63,299 nucleotides of DNA from assembly GCA_002329335.1 (NCBI GenBank), contig DCTY01000003.1:22833-86131 (forward strand). Reading direction: 5' to 3'. The position numbers and the translations under genes were made by a program. Positions 27,284 through 36,901 of this stretch are shown piece by piece. The notes below the pieces were generated by a model. The model ran no database searches, was not told the origin of the DNA, and was given only the letters and a program-made list of their open reading frames with translations. Positions within the stretch are counted from its first letter, which is position 1, and each line of letters starts with the position of its first letter. Source of the DNA: Christensenella sp. UBA1428. Lineage in GTDB: Bacteria; Bacillota; Clostridia; Christensenellales; UBA1750.

Positions 27284-28399
27284 ATGAAACACACCATCGT
27301 ATTTGCGCGCGACGGCGCCTTTGCCGGCTGGCCAGCCAACGGCGGCGGATGGCAATGGGGGCAGGAGCTGCTGGTTTCCTATCAGATCGGCACCTATCGC
27401 GCGCACCCAACCTCGCACTGCATTGACCGGGAAAAACCGATTTACGCCGGTTTTTCCAGAAGTCTGGACGGCGGGCTGACCTGGAAGGATGAGCCTGCGC
27501 TTTATGATATTTTCCTAAGACCGGTGCTGCCGGTTCCAAAGGGCGGCTTTGACTTTTCCGCCGAGGGCTTTATTGTGCGCATGGGCGTCCCAAGCGTTAC
27601 CATCCGTTCGGACCGTTTTATCGTTTCCCATGACAAAGGTCATACCTGGGAAGGGCCCTATCAGCTGCGCGGATTTGACGCGCATCCGCTGACCATGCGC
27701 ACCAGCTACCGGGTAATCGACGCCAAAACAATGCTCGTCTTTTTAAGCTGGCAGCTGCCCAACGCGCTTGGAACCGCCTACAGCGACCGTGCATTTGCCG
27801 CCATTACCCAGGACGGCGGGCAGAGTTTTCACATGCTGGGGGAAATGACCTGCGATATCGCCCGCTCCGTCATGCCCAGCGTTGCGGTCTTAAAAGACGG
27901 CACGCTGGTGGCCGCGCTGCGCCGCCGGCTTGAACGGGGCAAATTCACCGCGCAGCAGCTCGACCTTTATGCAGCGCAAACGCCGCTGTCCCCCTATTGG
28001 GACGATAACTGGATTGAAGTGCGCCAAAGCCGCGACGGCGGCAGGACCTGGGTCAATGCCGTGCGCGCCGCAGAAACAGCGCTGGACAACGGACACAACG
28101 GCAATCCGCCCGCCCTTGCCGCGCGCTCAGACGGCACGCTGGTGCTGGTTTACGGCCAGCGCAGCAAAAATCCCGCCATGATGGTTTCGGTATCGCGCGA
28201 TGGAGGTAAGACGTTCCCGCAAACCGCGCGCCTGCGCCAGGATATGGCGACGACCGACTTTGGCTATCCCCGGCTGTTTGTCCTTCCGGATGACCGTCTG
28301 TGCGCCGTTTATTATTACAACACCCCGGACCGCCCCCAGCAGTTTATTGCATCGACCGTTTTTTCGCTGGAAGAGCTGCTCGATTTGAATCAGCGCTAG
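27284..28399 (+). CDS. Asp-box (BNR) beta-propeller, sialidase-like
   Basis: Five Asp boxes (SLDGGLTW, SHDKGHTW, TQDGGQSF, SRDGGRTW, SRDGGKTF), FGYP; no signal peptide. Confidence 0.8.
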   Translation: MKHTIVFARDGAFAGWPANGGGWQWGQELLVSYQIGTYRAHPTSHCIDREKPIYAGFSRSLDGGLTWKDEPALYDIFLRPVLPVPKGGFDFSAEGFIVRMGVPSVTIRSDRFIVSHDKGHTWEGPYQLRGFDAHPLTMRTSYRVIDAKTMLVFLSWQLPNALGTAYSDRAFAAITQDGGQSFHMLGEMTCDIARSVMPSVAVLKDGTLVAALRRRLERGKFTAQQLDLYAAQTPLSPYWDDNWIEVRQSRDGGRTWVNAVRAAETALDNGHNGNPPALAARSDGTLVLVYGQRSKNPAMMVSVSRDGGKTFPQTARLRQDMATTDFGYPRLFVLPDDRLCAVYYYNTPDRPQQFIASTVFSLEELLDLNQR

Positions 28400-28414
28400 G
28401 CGCTCTTTTCCTCG

Positions 28415-28640
28415 CAAACCGGTGCCGGCAACTGCCCGACGGCAGAAAGCCGCATGTCTCCACCGTCAATAAAAAATCCCTCCGCGTATCCGTTTTGCCC
28501 TGCGACGCTTTGGCAGGCTCCAAACCCGCCAAAATATCGCCGGCGCATGAACCGGACTCCGAAGGGATTTTTTCGTTTAATATTCCAAAAACGGGCGTCA
28601 AACCCGGAAGCGGTTTCCAAATTCCACCAGCACCGGTTTG
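28415..28640. repeat. Nested inverted-repeat element / long bidirectional terminator
   Basis: Outer IR CAAACCGGTGCCGG / CCAGCACCGGTTTG; inner imperfect hairpin 28471-28573. Confidence 0.65.
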
Positions 28641-29468
28641 TCAAACGCTTCCGTTTTCCTTTTCCCGACGGCTGTTTTCAAGCGCAAGCGCCATTTCCAG
28701 ACGTTTTTGAAGCATATTGGACCAAACCTGTCGATTCACAAAACGCGAAATATCCCGGGATGCCGGCCAGTCAAACAGTGCCGGCGCAGTATGATTGGGA
28801 TGCGACGGCAGGGTAATATCCACCGTGCGATTTTGGCAGGATCGGATGGAGCGGATAAAATCGCCCAAAAGCGATTTTGGCCAATCGGGATACTGCCACA
28901 GGAAATCCTCCTGCTGGGTATTTAAACCTATGCCGCCATAAAGGCCCATACGATATTTTTCCCCATGCGCGTCCTGATCCGTCCAGAAAAAGCTGCAGGT
29001 GCCCGGGGTATGGCCAGGCGTATGGACCACCTCCAAAACCAGATTGCCCATGCAAAACGGCCGATCGTAGTCATAGAAATAATCCGGCTGAAAATCGATC
29101 CAATTCTCATTGCCCAGATGCACCAGACGCACGTCCTGCTGGTACATCGCCATATCTTCACGGCTGATCCACACCGGCGCACCGGTATATTCCTTTAGCA
29201 GCCGCGTACCGCCGCAATGATCCACATGCGCATGGCTGACCAGAAGCGCGCGAATATCGCGCGGATCAAAGCCCAGACGGCGGATCGACTCCAGCAGATG
29301 ATAGAGCGTTTCGGCATATCCCTGATCGATCAGCACCAGCCCTGCCCCGGTATCGATCAGATAGCTGCCCACATCCCGGTTGCCAACATAATATACATGC
29401 GGCGCCATCTGAAACGGCTCGCAGGCATAACGCCACGGCTGCTGCAAAAACAGATTGCTGCTCATCAT
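28641..29468 (-). CDS. MBL-fold metallo-hydrolase, subclass B3-like
   Basis: EPF....YYVG, SHAHVDH, PGHTPG, LPSH. Confidence 0.85.
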   Translation of the reverse strand: MMSSNLFLQQPWRYACEPFQMAPHVYYVGNRDVGSYLIDTGAGLVLIDQGYAETLYHLLESIRRLGFDPRDIRALLVSHAHVDHCGGTRLLKEYTGAPVWISREDMAMYQQDVRLVHLGNENWIDFQPDYFYDYDRPFCMGNLVLEVVHTPGHTPGTCSFFWTDQDAHGEKYRMGLYGGIGLNTQQEDFLWQYPDWPKSLLGDFIRSIRSCQNRTVDITLPSHPNHTAPALFDWPASRDISRFVNRQVWSNMLQKRLEMALALENSRREKENGSV

Positions 29469-29529
29469 TTTTTCATTCCTTCCACATGCGCTTTGCGCTT
29501 TTTCTATTTGAAAGAACCCTCCCCGGGCT

Positions 29530-29560
29530 AAAAACAGACGCGCCGCAGATTCGGCGCGTC
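29530..29560 (-). terminator. Terminator
   Basis: GACGCGCCG/CGGCGCGTC stem plus T tract. Confidence 0.7.
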
Positions 29561-29579
29561 AACAATCCGGCACAAGTTT

Positions 29580-29897
29580 TTAATAGCGCGTTAAAATCAG
29601 GGAAGTCGACGTCCCAATCGTCAGGTACATGGTATTGCCCTTGATCTCATAAGTCCCGTCCATCATAAAGGAGCTGTCGGTTCCAAACATGTCCGTGGTA
29701 AAAAGGATTTGAATCACGCCGTCCTTTGCCTGGTACTGGTATTCGTCGCTGCCGTCGATGGTCATCGTACCGCCGCCAAAGCTGTACACCTGGCCATCCT
29801 CCGTCACCCAGTCGCCATAAACATCGCTGGCGCAGCCGGTCAAACACAGCAAAAGCAGCAGCGCACAGATCGCCGCGGCAAATCTTTTCACTTTCAT
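29580..29897 (-). CDS. Small lipoprotein (DUF5640-like beta domain)
   Basis: Lipobox LTGC then YGDW; RBS GGAGG. Confidence 0.75.
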   Translation of the reverse strand: MKVKRFAAAICALLLLLCLTGCASDVYGDWVTEDGQVYSFGGGTMTIDGSDEYQYQAKDGVIQILFTTDMFGTDSSFMMDGTYEIKGNTMYLTIGTSTSLILTRY

Positions 29898-30074
29898 GGT
29901 ATCCCTCCAACAAATTTACAGCTTATTTCAAATCTATTATACCAACAATTTATTAATTTTTCCACTATAATTTATGAACAAGCATTCACAGATGCGCTGC
30001 GCGCTGCAAAACGGCCCAGCGCATACCGCTCAATCGCGTGCGCCGGGCCGACAGGCAAGGTTTTGTTGCGCTGT

Positions 30075-31466
30075 TTAAATTTTCTGAACCTTGGGGCCCT
30101 GGGGCGTATCCATCACCACATATCCCAGCGCCTTTAATTCATCACGCATGGCGTCTGCGGTTGCCCAATCCTTGTTTTTGCGCGCCTGCTGGCGTTTTTC
30201 AACAAGCTCGGCAATTTTGGCGTCCGTCTCGTCTTTTTTGTACAGCAGCCCCAGCACGCCGGCAAGCTTTGTCAGCATATCCAGCGCGCCCTGTGCCACA
30301 GCGGCGTTGGCGTCCGCAGGCACGGCGATATTGGCCGCGCTGACCAGTTCAAAAAGAACACCCAGCGCCCCTGCGGTATTTAAATCATCGTCCATTTTTT
30401 CATCAAAACGGGTTTCAAACTCCGGCAGCTTGTCCAAAAACGCCTGCTGTTCGGGCGTAATGGGCGTATTCAGCGCGGATTTGACAACAAACTCGTATTG
30501 GTTTTTCGCGTGATACAGCCGCTCGAGCGCGGACTTGGCCTGATCGACCAGCTCGTTTGAAAAATTAATCGGGCTGCGGTAGTGTGCGCTGAGCAGGAAA
30601 AGGCGCACGACCTCCAGATCATACTGTTTGGCAATATCGCGTACCGTAAAGAAATTGCCGGCAGACTTGGCCATTTTTTCATTGTTGACGTTGATAAACC
30701 CGTTATGCATCCAGTAATTGACAAAGGGTTTGCCCGTTGCGCCCTCGGACTGCGCCGTTTCATTTTCATGGTGCGGGAACAAAAGATCCGCGCCGCCGCA
30801 GTGGATGTCAAAGGTTTCGCCCAGATATTTCATGCTCATGGCCGAGCATTCGATATGCCAGCCGGGCCGGCCTTTCCCCCAGGGGCTGTCCCAGCAGGGC
30901 TCGCCGGGCTTATACGCCTTCCAAAGGGCAAAGTCCGCAGGATGGCGCTTGTTTTCATCCACATCAATGCGCGCGCCAGCCTCCAGGTCGTCCAGATTCT
31001 GCCCGGACAGCACGCCGTAGCGGGTATAAGCGTGGGTGTCAAAATACACGCCGTCCTGTGTGGCGTACGCATAGCCCTTATCCACCAGGCGCTGGATGAT
31101 ATCGATGATCTCGGGAATATGACGCGTTGCACGGGGGTGTACGTCCGCGCGCTCGATATTGAGCTTGTCGGCGTCTTCAAAATATGCGTCGATAAAACGA
31201 TCCGCCAGCTGTTCCACCGTGATGCCTTCCGCGTTGGCGCGCTTGATCATCTTGTCGTCAATATCGGTCAGGTTCTGAACATAGGTGACTTTAAACCCGC
31301 GATGGCGCAGATAGCGCCGAAGCGTGTCAAACAGGATGAAGGGACGTGCGTTGCCGATATGAAAATAATCGTAAACGGTCGGCCCGCAGGTATAGATGCG
31401 CACCTCGCCCTCATGAACGGGCTTGAGTTCTTCCTTGCGTCTGGTTTTGGAATTATAAATCCACAT
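30075..31466 (-). CDS. cysS: Cysteine--tRNA ligase
   Basis: [34 protein letters not shown]. Confidence 0.98.
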   Translation of the reverse strand: MWIYNSKTRRKEELKPVHEGEVRIYTCGPTVYDYFHIGNARPFILFDTLRRYLRHRGFKVTYVQNLTDIDDKMIKRANAEGITVEQLADRFIDAYFEDADKLNIERADVHPRATRHIPEIIDIIQRLVDKGYAYATQDGVYFDTHAYTRYGVLSGQNLDDLEAGARIDVDENKRHPADFALWKAYKPGEPCWDSPWGKGRPGWHIECSAMSMKYLGETFDIHCGGADLLFPHHENETAQSEGATGKPFVNYWMHNGFINVNNEKMAKSAGNFFTVRDIAKQYDLEVVRLFLLSAHYRSPINFSNELVDQAKSALERLYHAKNQYEFVVKSALNTPITPEQQAFLDKLPEFETRFDEKMDDDLNTAGALGVLFELVSAANIAVPADANAAVAQGALDMLTKLAGVLGLLYKKDETDAKIAELVEKRQQARKNKDWATADAMRDELKALGYVVMDTPQGPKVQKI

Positions 31467-32172
31467 ATTGCTCCGCCTTTCCTTGGTTGATTTGCTGCTG
31501 CGTACATTGCGCGGTGTCATGCTGTTCACAGGACGCACAGCCCTTTTCAAGCGCCAGCGCAGCGACGCATTTTTCCAGCTGCGCCAGTTTGTCGCTCATT
31601 TCTCTGAACCGCTGGGCCACAGGGTCAGGCAGATGCACCTGATCCAGGTCGATCTGCCTTTGCTCGGGTTCATCATGCCGGCGCACAATCCGCCCGGGAA
31701 TGCCCACCACCGTGCTGTTGGGCGGCACCTCCTTGAGCACGACAGATCCCGCGCCGATTTTGGAGTTCGCCCCAACGCGAAACGGGCCCAGCACCCGCGC
31801 GCCCGCACCGATCACAACATTGTCCTCAATTGTCGGGTGGCGTTTGCCGGTTTCCTTACCGGTGCCGCCAAGCGTAACCGCCTGATAGATGGTCACATTA
31901 TCGCCGATGATCGTGGTTTCACCGATCACCACACCCATGCCATGGTCGATGAAAAGATTTTTCCCAATGGTTGCGCCCGGATGGATTTCAATACCGGTAA
32001 AAAAACGCGCCAGCTGGGAGATCACACGCGCCAGAAGCTTTAAGCGCGCCCGCCAAAGCCCATGGGCAACCCGATGCCAAAACACTGCATGGACGCTGGG
32101 GTAGCACAACAGCACCTCCAGCGCATTGCGCGCCGCAGGATCGCGTTCCAATACCGCACGGATTGCTGACAT
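31453..32172 (-). CDS. cysE: Serine O-acetyltransferase
   Basis: [34 protein letters not shown]; RBS AAAGGGAG. Confidence 0.97.
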   Translation of the reverse strand: MSAIRAVLERDPAARNALEVLLCYPSVHAVFWHRVAHGLWRARLKLLARVISQLARFFTGIEIHPGATIGKNLFIDHGMGVVIGETTIIGDNVTIYQAVTLGGTGKETGKRHPTIEDNVVIGAGARVLGPFRVGANSKIGAGSVVLKEVPPNSTVVGIPGRIVRRHDEPEQRQIDLDQVHLPDPVAQRFREMSDKLAQLEKCVAALALEKGCASCEQHDTAQCTQQQINQGKAEQYVDL

Positions 32173-32207
32173 CGCCCTACTCCCTTTCTTAAACAATTGC
32201 CAGATTC

Positions 32208-32420
32208 AAATAAAAACCGCGGCCAACGCCATCAAGGCGTGAGCCGCGGTTCCACTTGATTTGATACTCATAAAGGCTCTAACGCTGCCAAAGCGCTGCG
32301 CATTACCACAGAAACAAGCCGGACGCACTTGGGCAACGCATCTGCAGGCAGGCTCTCAGCCGTTTCCGTCCCGCCCTCTCTTTGCAGGCCATTGCTTACT
32401 CTTTCCGCTTATCGTTTACA
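32208..32420 (-). promoter_or_regulatory. T-box riboswitch, cysteine-specific
   Basis: AGTA, AGAGA and GCTGA motifs; specifier UGC at 32338-32340; T-box AAGTGGAACCGCG (UGGA matches tRNA-Cys discriminator U73); terminator hairpin plus T tract. Confidence 0.92.
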
Positions 32421-32488
32421 AAAAGATGCAATTCCTCCGGCAAACCGGATCAATTTCATTATATGCACCGGCGCTCAATTTGTCAACC

Positions 32489-33706
32489 TCAGCGCGAGGA
32501 TTTCTGGTCCAGCTCATCCTTTGCGCTATAATATGCCTCCAGCAAAAGGTTTTGAAGCGGATGCTTGATATCGATTCCGGAGATAATCTCCAGCGCCGCA
32601 ACAATCCCCCGCTGCCCCAGCAGCTGCTGACAGCGCATCGTGCCGCTGTCTCTGGAAATAGAAAACAAGTAGCCATAGGCAATTGCGTTGGCCAGATGTA
32701 CCGGCGATACGCCAGCCCGCATTGCCAGAACCGCCGGACCGACCAAACGGTCCGCCAGACTGAGCTTTCGGGAAGTATCCGCGCCAAGGGCGATCAGCCC
32801 GTCGTCCAACAGCGGATTGCGCATCATCTCCAAAATTTCGCCGTTCCATTGGTGCAGCTCGTAGGCATCAAAGCCAAACGCGCTGCAAAGCCCGGCCGCG
32901 CTTTCCTCCAGCGCGCCGACGATCTCACGGCGCACCTGTTCGTCTTCCATGGCGCGGTTGAGCGTCAGATACCCCTTTCCCACGCCGATATAGGCCGCAG
33001 TGGCATGCGCCATATTGAGCGTATAGATCCGCCGGATATCTTCTGCGCGGATATTATCGCTCAAACGTACCATTTTAGAGCGCAGCGGCAGGCCGCAAAA
33101 CGCCGCCGCATCCACAGAAATAGAAGGATATCCGTTGTCCAGCACCATCAGCGGATGCTCCAGCAGCATCTGCTTGGGCGGAAAGGGCGCAACACGCAAA
33201 AGCACGGTATTGATCAAGCCCACCCGGTTTCTCAAGTATGACAGCGCCGCACCGCCCAGCATCGAATCGAGCATGGACCGCAGCCGCGCCGCAGGGCTCA
33301 TCGTATTGACGCACACCAGAATATCCAGCGGGATCTGCGGATGCTCCATCGTGCGCCGCGCCAGCGCAATGGCCAGCACCTCGGCAATCTGCCCCAATGC
33401 ATCTGCCGGCACCGCAACGGCGGCAATGGCGTTTTCCCGGCAAAGCGCGTCAAGCATATCGCTGTCGTTATCCGCATAGATCGCGCGATAGCCGGAAATT
33501 TCCACGGTCTCATCCGTCTTGCCGCTGGTTTTCATCAAGCGATAGGAACCGGCGCGGTTGAGCGCATCGATCAGCGAATGATCCGTATCAGCAAAGGTAA
33601 TATTGCATCCGGCGTCCAAAAACATTTCGGCCAAAAAACCACGGCCGATTCTGCCGGCGCCGATGATGACGGCGTCGCGTTTGAGCAGCATCTCTTCCTG
33701 TTGCAC
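32489..33706 (-). CDS. Mannitol-1-phosphate 5-dehydrogenase-like protein, divergent active site
   Basis: GAGRIGRGF, TLNMAHA..AY, RKLS..DRLVGPA; RR where RK is expected. Confidence 0.8.
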   Translation of the reverse strand: MQQEEMLLKRDAVIIGAGRIGRGFLAEMFLDAGCNITFADTDHSLIDALNRAGSYRLMKTSGKTDETVEISGYRAIYADNDSDMLDALCRENAIAAVAVPADALGQIAEVLAIALARRTMEHPQIPLDILVCVNTMSPAARLRSMLDSMLGGAALSYLRNRVGLINTVLLRVAPFPPKQMLLEHPLMVLDNGYPSISVDAAAFCGLPLRSKMVRLSDNIRAEDIRRIYTLNMAHATAAYIGVGKGYLTLNRAMEDEQVRREIVGALEESAAGLCSAFGFDAYELHQWNGEILEMMRNPLLDDGLIALGADTSRKLSLADRLVGPAVLAMRAGVSPVHLANAIAYGYLFSISRDSGTMRCQQLLGQRGIVAALEIISGIDIKHPLQNLLLEAYYSAKDELDQKSSR

Positions 33707-33880
33707 GCTGTGCCTCCCCGCCTAGAATTTACCGCACTCCGCCGCGGCAGTACCCGTTTTTGCCCGCGCCAACCGGCAAAAGCCATTGTCGGCGCGTCGG
33801 TTCAGGCGCAAAACACTGCGCATTTTGCAGCGTGCCGCCCAGGCAGCGCTGCTGGCCGCGCACCGGAACCGATACCTATC

Positions 33881-33908
33881 ATTATACCATCTTAACGCGG
33901 CGTTTCAA
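33881..33908 (-). promoter_or_regulatory. Sigma-A promoter with extended -10
   Basis: TTGAAA-16 bp-TATAAT with TG at -15/-14. Confidence 0.7.
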
Positions 33909-33952
33909 GCTTTTTTCAACAGAAATCAGCAGAAAGTGCAAACCAAGGCCTG

Positions 33953-35515
33953 TTATAATGCCTCTATCGGCTGATATTCAAACCAGTCAAACAGCGCTTC
34001 GTTTTGACTGTGCTGTCCGCCGGAAGAAGCAAACAGCCCAAGATAGGTCCCTGTATATCCGCCGGCTGTTTCTTTGCAAAGCAGCGTGCCGTCCACATCC
34101 CGGCAAAGGCATTGCCACTTTTCCGGCACGGACGCATAATAAAACGCAATACGCTGATAGCGGATGACCGCCATCAATTCTACCGCAAACGCATCCAGCG
34201 GAACCTGCGCCAAGACCTGCTCTTCGCCGGCAAAGCGCCGCACAACGCGCAGCACAGGGCTTTGCCCCTGCAAAACGCACTCCATGCGCAAATGGTAGCT
34301 GCTGTTCATCAAAAGGGTCAGACCGGCGCTTTCCTGGTTTTGGGGGATAAAAGTCATTTTTGTGCGCACACAGCAGCAAAAATGCTGCTGACGCCGGCCG
34401 ATAAAGGCGGGGTTTGCATTTTGCCCAAGCGTTTCCGGTTTTAAGCGCAGCGCCAAACCCGGATGGCGCATCCGGACATAATCCCCCTCGGGGGTACGCA
34501 AATGGTTCCAGCATAGTTCCAGCGCATCGCCCTGGAAATGATCGCACGCGGCCTGCGGCAAAAAATCCTCCTGCGGCAGCTGCGGCGCAGGATAGGAAAA
34601 TTCCAGTCTGCCGCTGTCGGGCGAAATAACCGGCCACTGATCCTCCCAGATCACCGGCGCGGCAAATGTTTCCCTGCCAAGATTGCGGTAATCTCCTCCA
34701 TCCGGACGGGATGCAAGCATTACGCACCACCACTGTCCGTCCGGCAGTGCAAACAGATCGCAGTGCCCGGTACTGTTGATGGGCGCCGGCGTCCGCATAT
34801 TGCGATGCGTCAAAATGGGATTTCGCGGATTGCCTTCATACGGACCAAACAACGACGCGCTGCGAAACACCGAAACCGCATGATGATGCGACGTACCGCC
34901 CTCGGCAATGAGCAGATAGTAGTATGCGCCGACACGGTACAAATGCGGTCCTTCCGGGGTGCCTGCCCCGGAAACCGCGCCGTCCGTGCGCAGGATGTGG
35001 CGCTGTCCCAGCAGTTCGCCCGTTTTCAGGTCCACCCGCTGCAGCCAGATATGGCGCAGCTTTGCCCCCTTTGGATCCGGCCTGAGGTTGCCCAGATAGT
35101 ACGGCGTACCGTCCGTATCAAAAAACAGCGTCGGATCAATGCCCTGCGCGCCGCGCACCACGACGGGTTCCGACCAGGGGCCGGCGGGATCCTTCGCCGT
35201 AACAAAAAAATTGACATTGCCAAAATACGGCGGATCCGCAACCAGCGTCGTAATCATATAAAACAGGCCGTCATGATACCGGATGGTCGGCGCGTAAATA
35301 CCTTGAGACGGGCGCACGCCGTCCAGATTCAGCTGAGACGGCCGGGTCAGACAGTGACCAATCTGCCGCCAATGCACCAGATCACGCGAATGAAAAACCG
35401 GCACCCCCGGAAAATATTCAAAGGTCGACGTCACCAGATAAAAGTCGCCGCCGACCGCGCAGACGGATGGATCGGGATAAAAGCCCGGCAGAATCGGATT
35501 TTTTAAAACAGTCAT
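33953..35515 (-). CDS. GH43 beta-xylosidase/arabinofuranosidase with C-terminal beta-sandwich
   Basis: NPILPGFYPDPS, STFEYFPG, APTIRYHDG, GIDP, EGPHLY, AEGGT. Confidence 0.93.
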   Translation of the reverse strand: MTVLKNPILPGFYPDPSVCAVGGDFYLVTSTFEYFPGVPVFHSRDLVHWRQIGHCLTRPSQLNLDGVRPSQGIYAPTIRYHDGLFYMITTLVADPPYFGNVNFFVTAKDPAGPWSEPVVVRGAQGIDPTLFFDTDGTPYYLGNLRPDPKGAKLRHIWLQRVDLKTGELLGQRHILRTDGAVSGAGTPEGPHLYRVGAYYYLLIAEGGTSHHHAVSVFRSASLFGPYEGNPRNPILTHRNMRTPAPINSTGHCDLFALPDGQWWCVMLASRPDGGDYRNLGRETFAAPVIWEDQWPVISPDSGRLEFSYPAPQLPQEDFLPQAACDHFQGDALELCWNHLRTPEGDYVRMRHPGLALRLKPETLGQNANPAFIGRRQQHFCCCVRTKMTFIPQNQESAGLTLLMNSSYHLRMECVLQGQSPVLRVVRRFAGEEQVLAQVPLDAFAVELMAVIRYQRIAFYYASVPEKWQCLCRDVDGTLLCKETAGGYTGTYLGLFASSGGQHSQNEALFDWFEYQPIEAL

Positions 35516-35576
35516 CCTGCAATCCTCCTGAATTTCAACCATGTCAAACCGCAATATGTGTCTTTGATCCAATACG

Positions 35577-35614
35577 AAAAAGAGACCGAAAAAGCCGACG
35601 GCTTTGCCGATCTC
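35577..35614 (-). terminator. Terminator after rpmF
   Basis: GAGATCGG..AAAGCC/GGCTTT..TCGGTCTC-TTTTT. Confidence 0.6.
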
Positions 35615-35630
35615 TCAACAGCTGAGCATA

Positions 35631-35816
35631 TTAGTTTTCAGAAACTTCCATCACTTTTTTACCATCGTAATAACCGCACTTTTTGCAGACGCGATGGCTC
35701 AGTTTCATGGAATGGCACTGGGGGCATTCAACGATGCCGGGCACAGTGAGCTTCCAATGGGCGGAGCGACGGGTATGTTTGCGCTGTTTGGATATTTTCC
35801 CCTTGGGTACTGCCAT
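35631..35816 (-). CDS. rpmF: 50S ribosomal protein L32 (Zn-binding form)
   Basis: [31 protein letters not shown]. Confidence 0.97.
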   Translation of the reverse strand: MAVPKGKISKQRKHTRRSAHWKLTVPGIVECPQCHSMKLSHRVCKKCGYYDGKKVMEVSEN

Positions 35817-35833
35817 GGTGGATACACCTCCTA

Positions 35834-36361
35834 CTATTCGTCCTTTGAATACAGAGCTGCGAGCGCCGAAAAGGGCGAATCCATGGTTGGCGCACAGCCG
35901 CAGGTCTCGTGGTTTAAATCTGCACCGCAGACGGGGCAAAGCCCCTTGCAGCTTTCGCTGCAGACAAAGCGCATCGGCAGCTGCAGGTTGACCGCCTCAG
36001 CCACAGCCCAGGTCAGGTCGCAGGCGCTGCCCTGAAAGACGATGGCGTCTTCCTCGGCCGCTTGTTCTTCGGCGTCAATCTGCTCGTTTTCATACCCTTC
36101 GCGGATCATCATGGCGTCAAACGCACAGTCAATCCGCGTCGTCACCGGGCAAAGACAAAGCGCACAGCTGGCGCGCACCGTCGTTTGGATATTGCCCACC
36201 AGCGCAACGCGATGGCCGATGGCCGTGATCGTTCCCGACACCAGCACCGGCGCGCAAAGCGCAATGCCCTCGGGCAGCGCATCCTGAGGAAGCGTACCTT
36301 CCAACGAAAACGAACAGCTGTCGCCCTGGTATTTCAGAGGTTCTGTCAAATCGAGCAGCAT
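35834..36361 (-). CDS. YceD/DUF177 metal-binding protein
   Basis: [28 protein letters not shown]; directly upstream of rpmF. Confidence 0.9.
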   Translation of the reverse strand: MLLDLTEPLKYQGDSCSFSLEGTLPQDALPEGIALCAPVLVSGTITAIGHRVALVGNIQTTVRASCALCLCPVTTRIDCAFDAMMIREGYENEQIDAEEQAAEEDAIVFQGSACDLTWAVAEAVNLQLPMRFVCSESCKGLCPVCGADLNHETCGCAPTMDSPFSALAALYSKDE

Positions 36362-36409
36362 AAAACCACCTCATACGAAAGTTTATTATACGGGAACCGG
36401 CACGAAATG

Positions 36410-36901
36410 TCAATCCATTTTTGCGCCGGACAGGCATTTTTCTTCAAAAAAATCCGAAAAATACGAACATAAATACGCCGCGCACCCGTAAAGCGCGCCG
36501 CCCGTGTCGCCCTGTGCCTTGCGCGCAGGGTACAGCCGTTCCAAAAACGCCAGCGCACGATGCGCGCCCTGCGGCCGATCGGCGTCCATGCACAGGCGAA
36601 TCAGCATACGCAGCGAATCGTCCATGGATTCCTGCCTGGCGCGCGTTTGATCAAGCAAATGCGCATAGGTCTGACTGCGCAGAAAGTCATCCCCGGGATT
36701 TTCCGGCCAGGCGACTGTTTTTTGACAATAAGCCCGCGCCGTTTGCAAAAGGAATGAATCGTCAAACCACAAAAAGCGTTCGCAGCCCGCGCCGTCGCGC
36801 ACGCGCAGATGCCCGCGCGCATAGGGATACGGCAATATAAACACGCGTACCGCCCCTTGCTGCTCAAGCGCTTTTACATAACGCTCCGCCGCCCGGTGCA
36901 T
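36410..36901 (-). CDS. Hypothetical protein
   Basis: 163 aa ORF coupled (TGATG overlap) to the upstream gene. Confidence 0.6.
   Translation of the reverse strand: MHRAAERYVKALEQQGAVRVFILPYPYARGHLRVRDGAGCERFLWFDDSFLLQTARAYCQKTVAWPENPGDDFLRSQTYAHLLDQTRARQESMDDSLRMLIRLCMDADRPQGAHRALAFLERLYPARKAQGDTGGALYGCAAYLCSYFSDFFEEKCLSGAKMD

Noticed and set aside
32261-33241. 326 aa plus-strand ORF
   Set aside because: Overlaps the T-box leader and is antisense to the MtlD-like gene; no motifs
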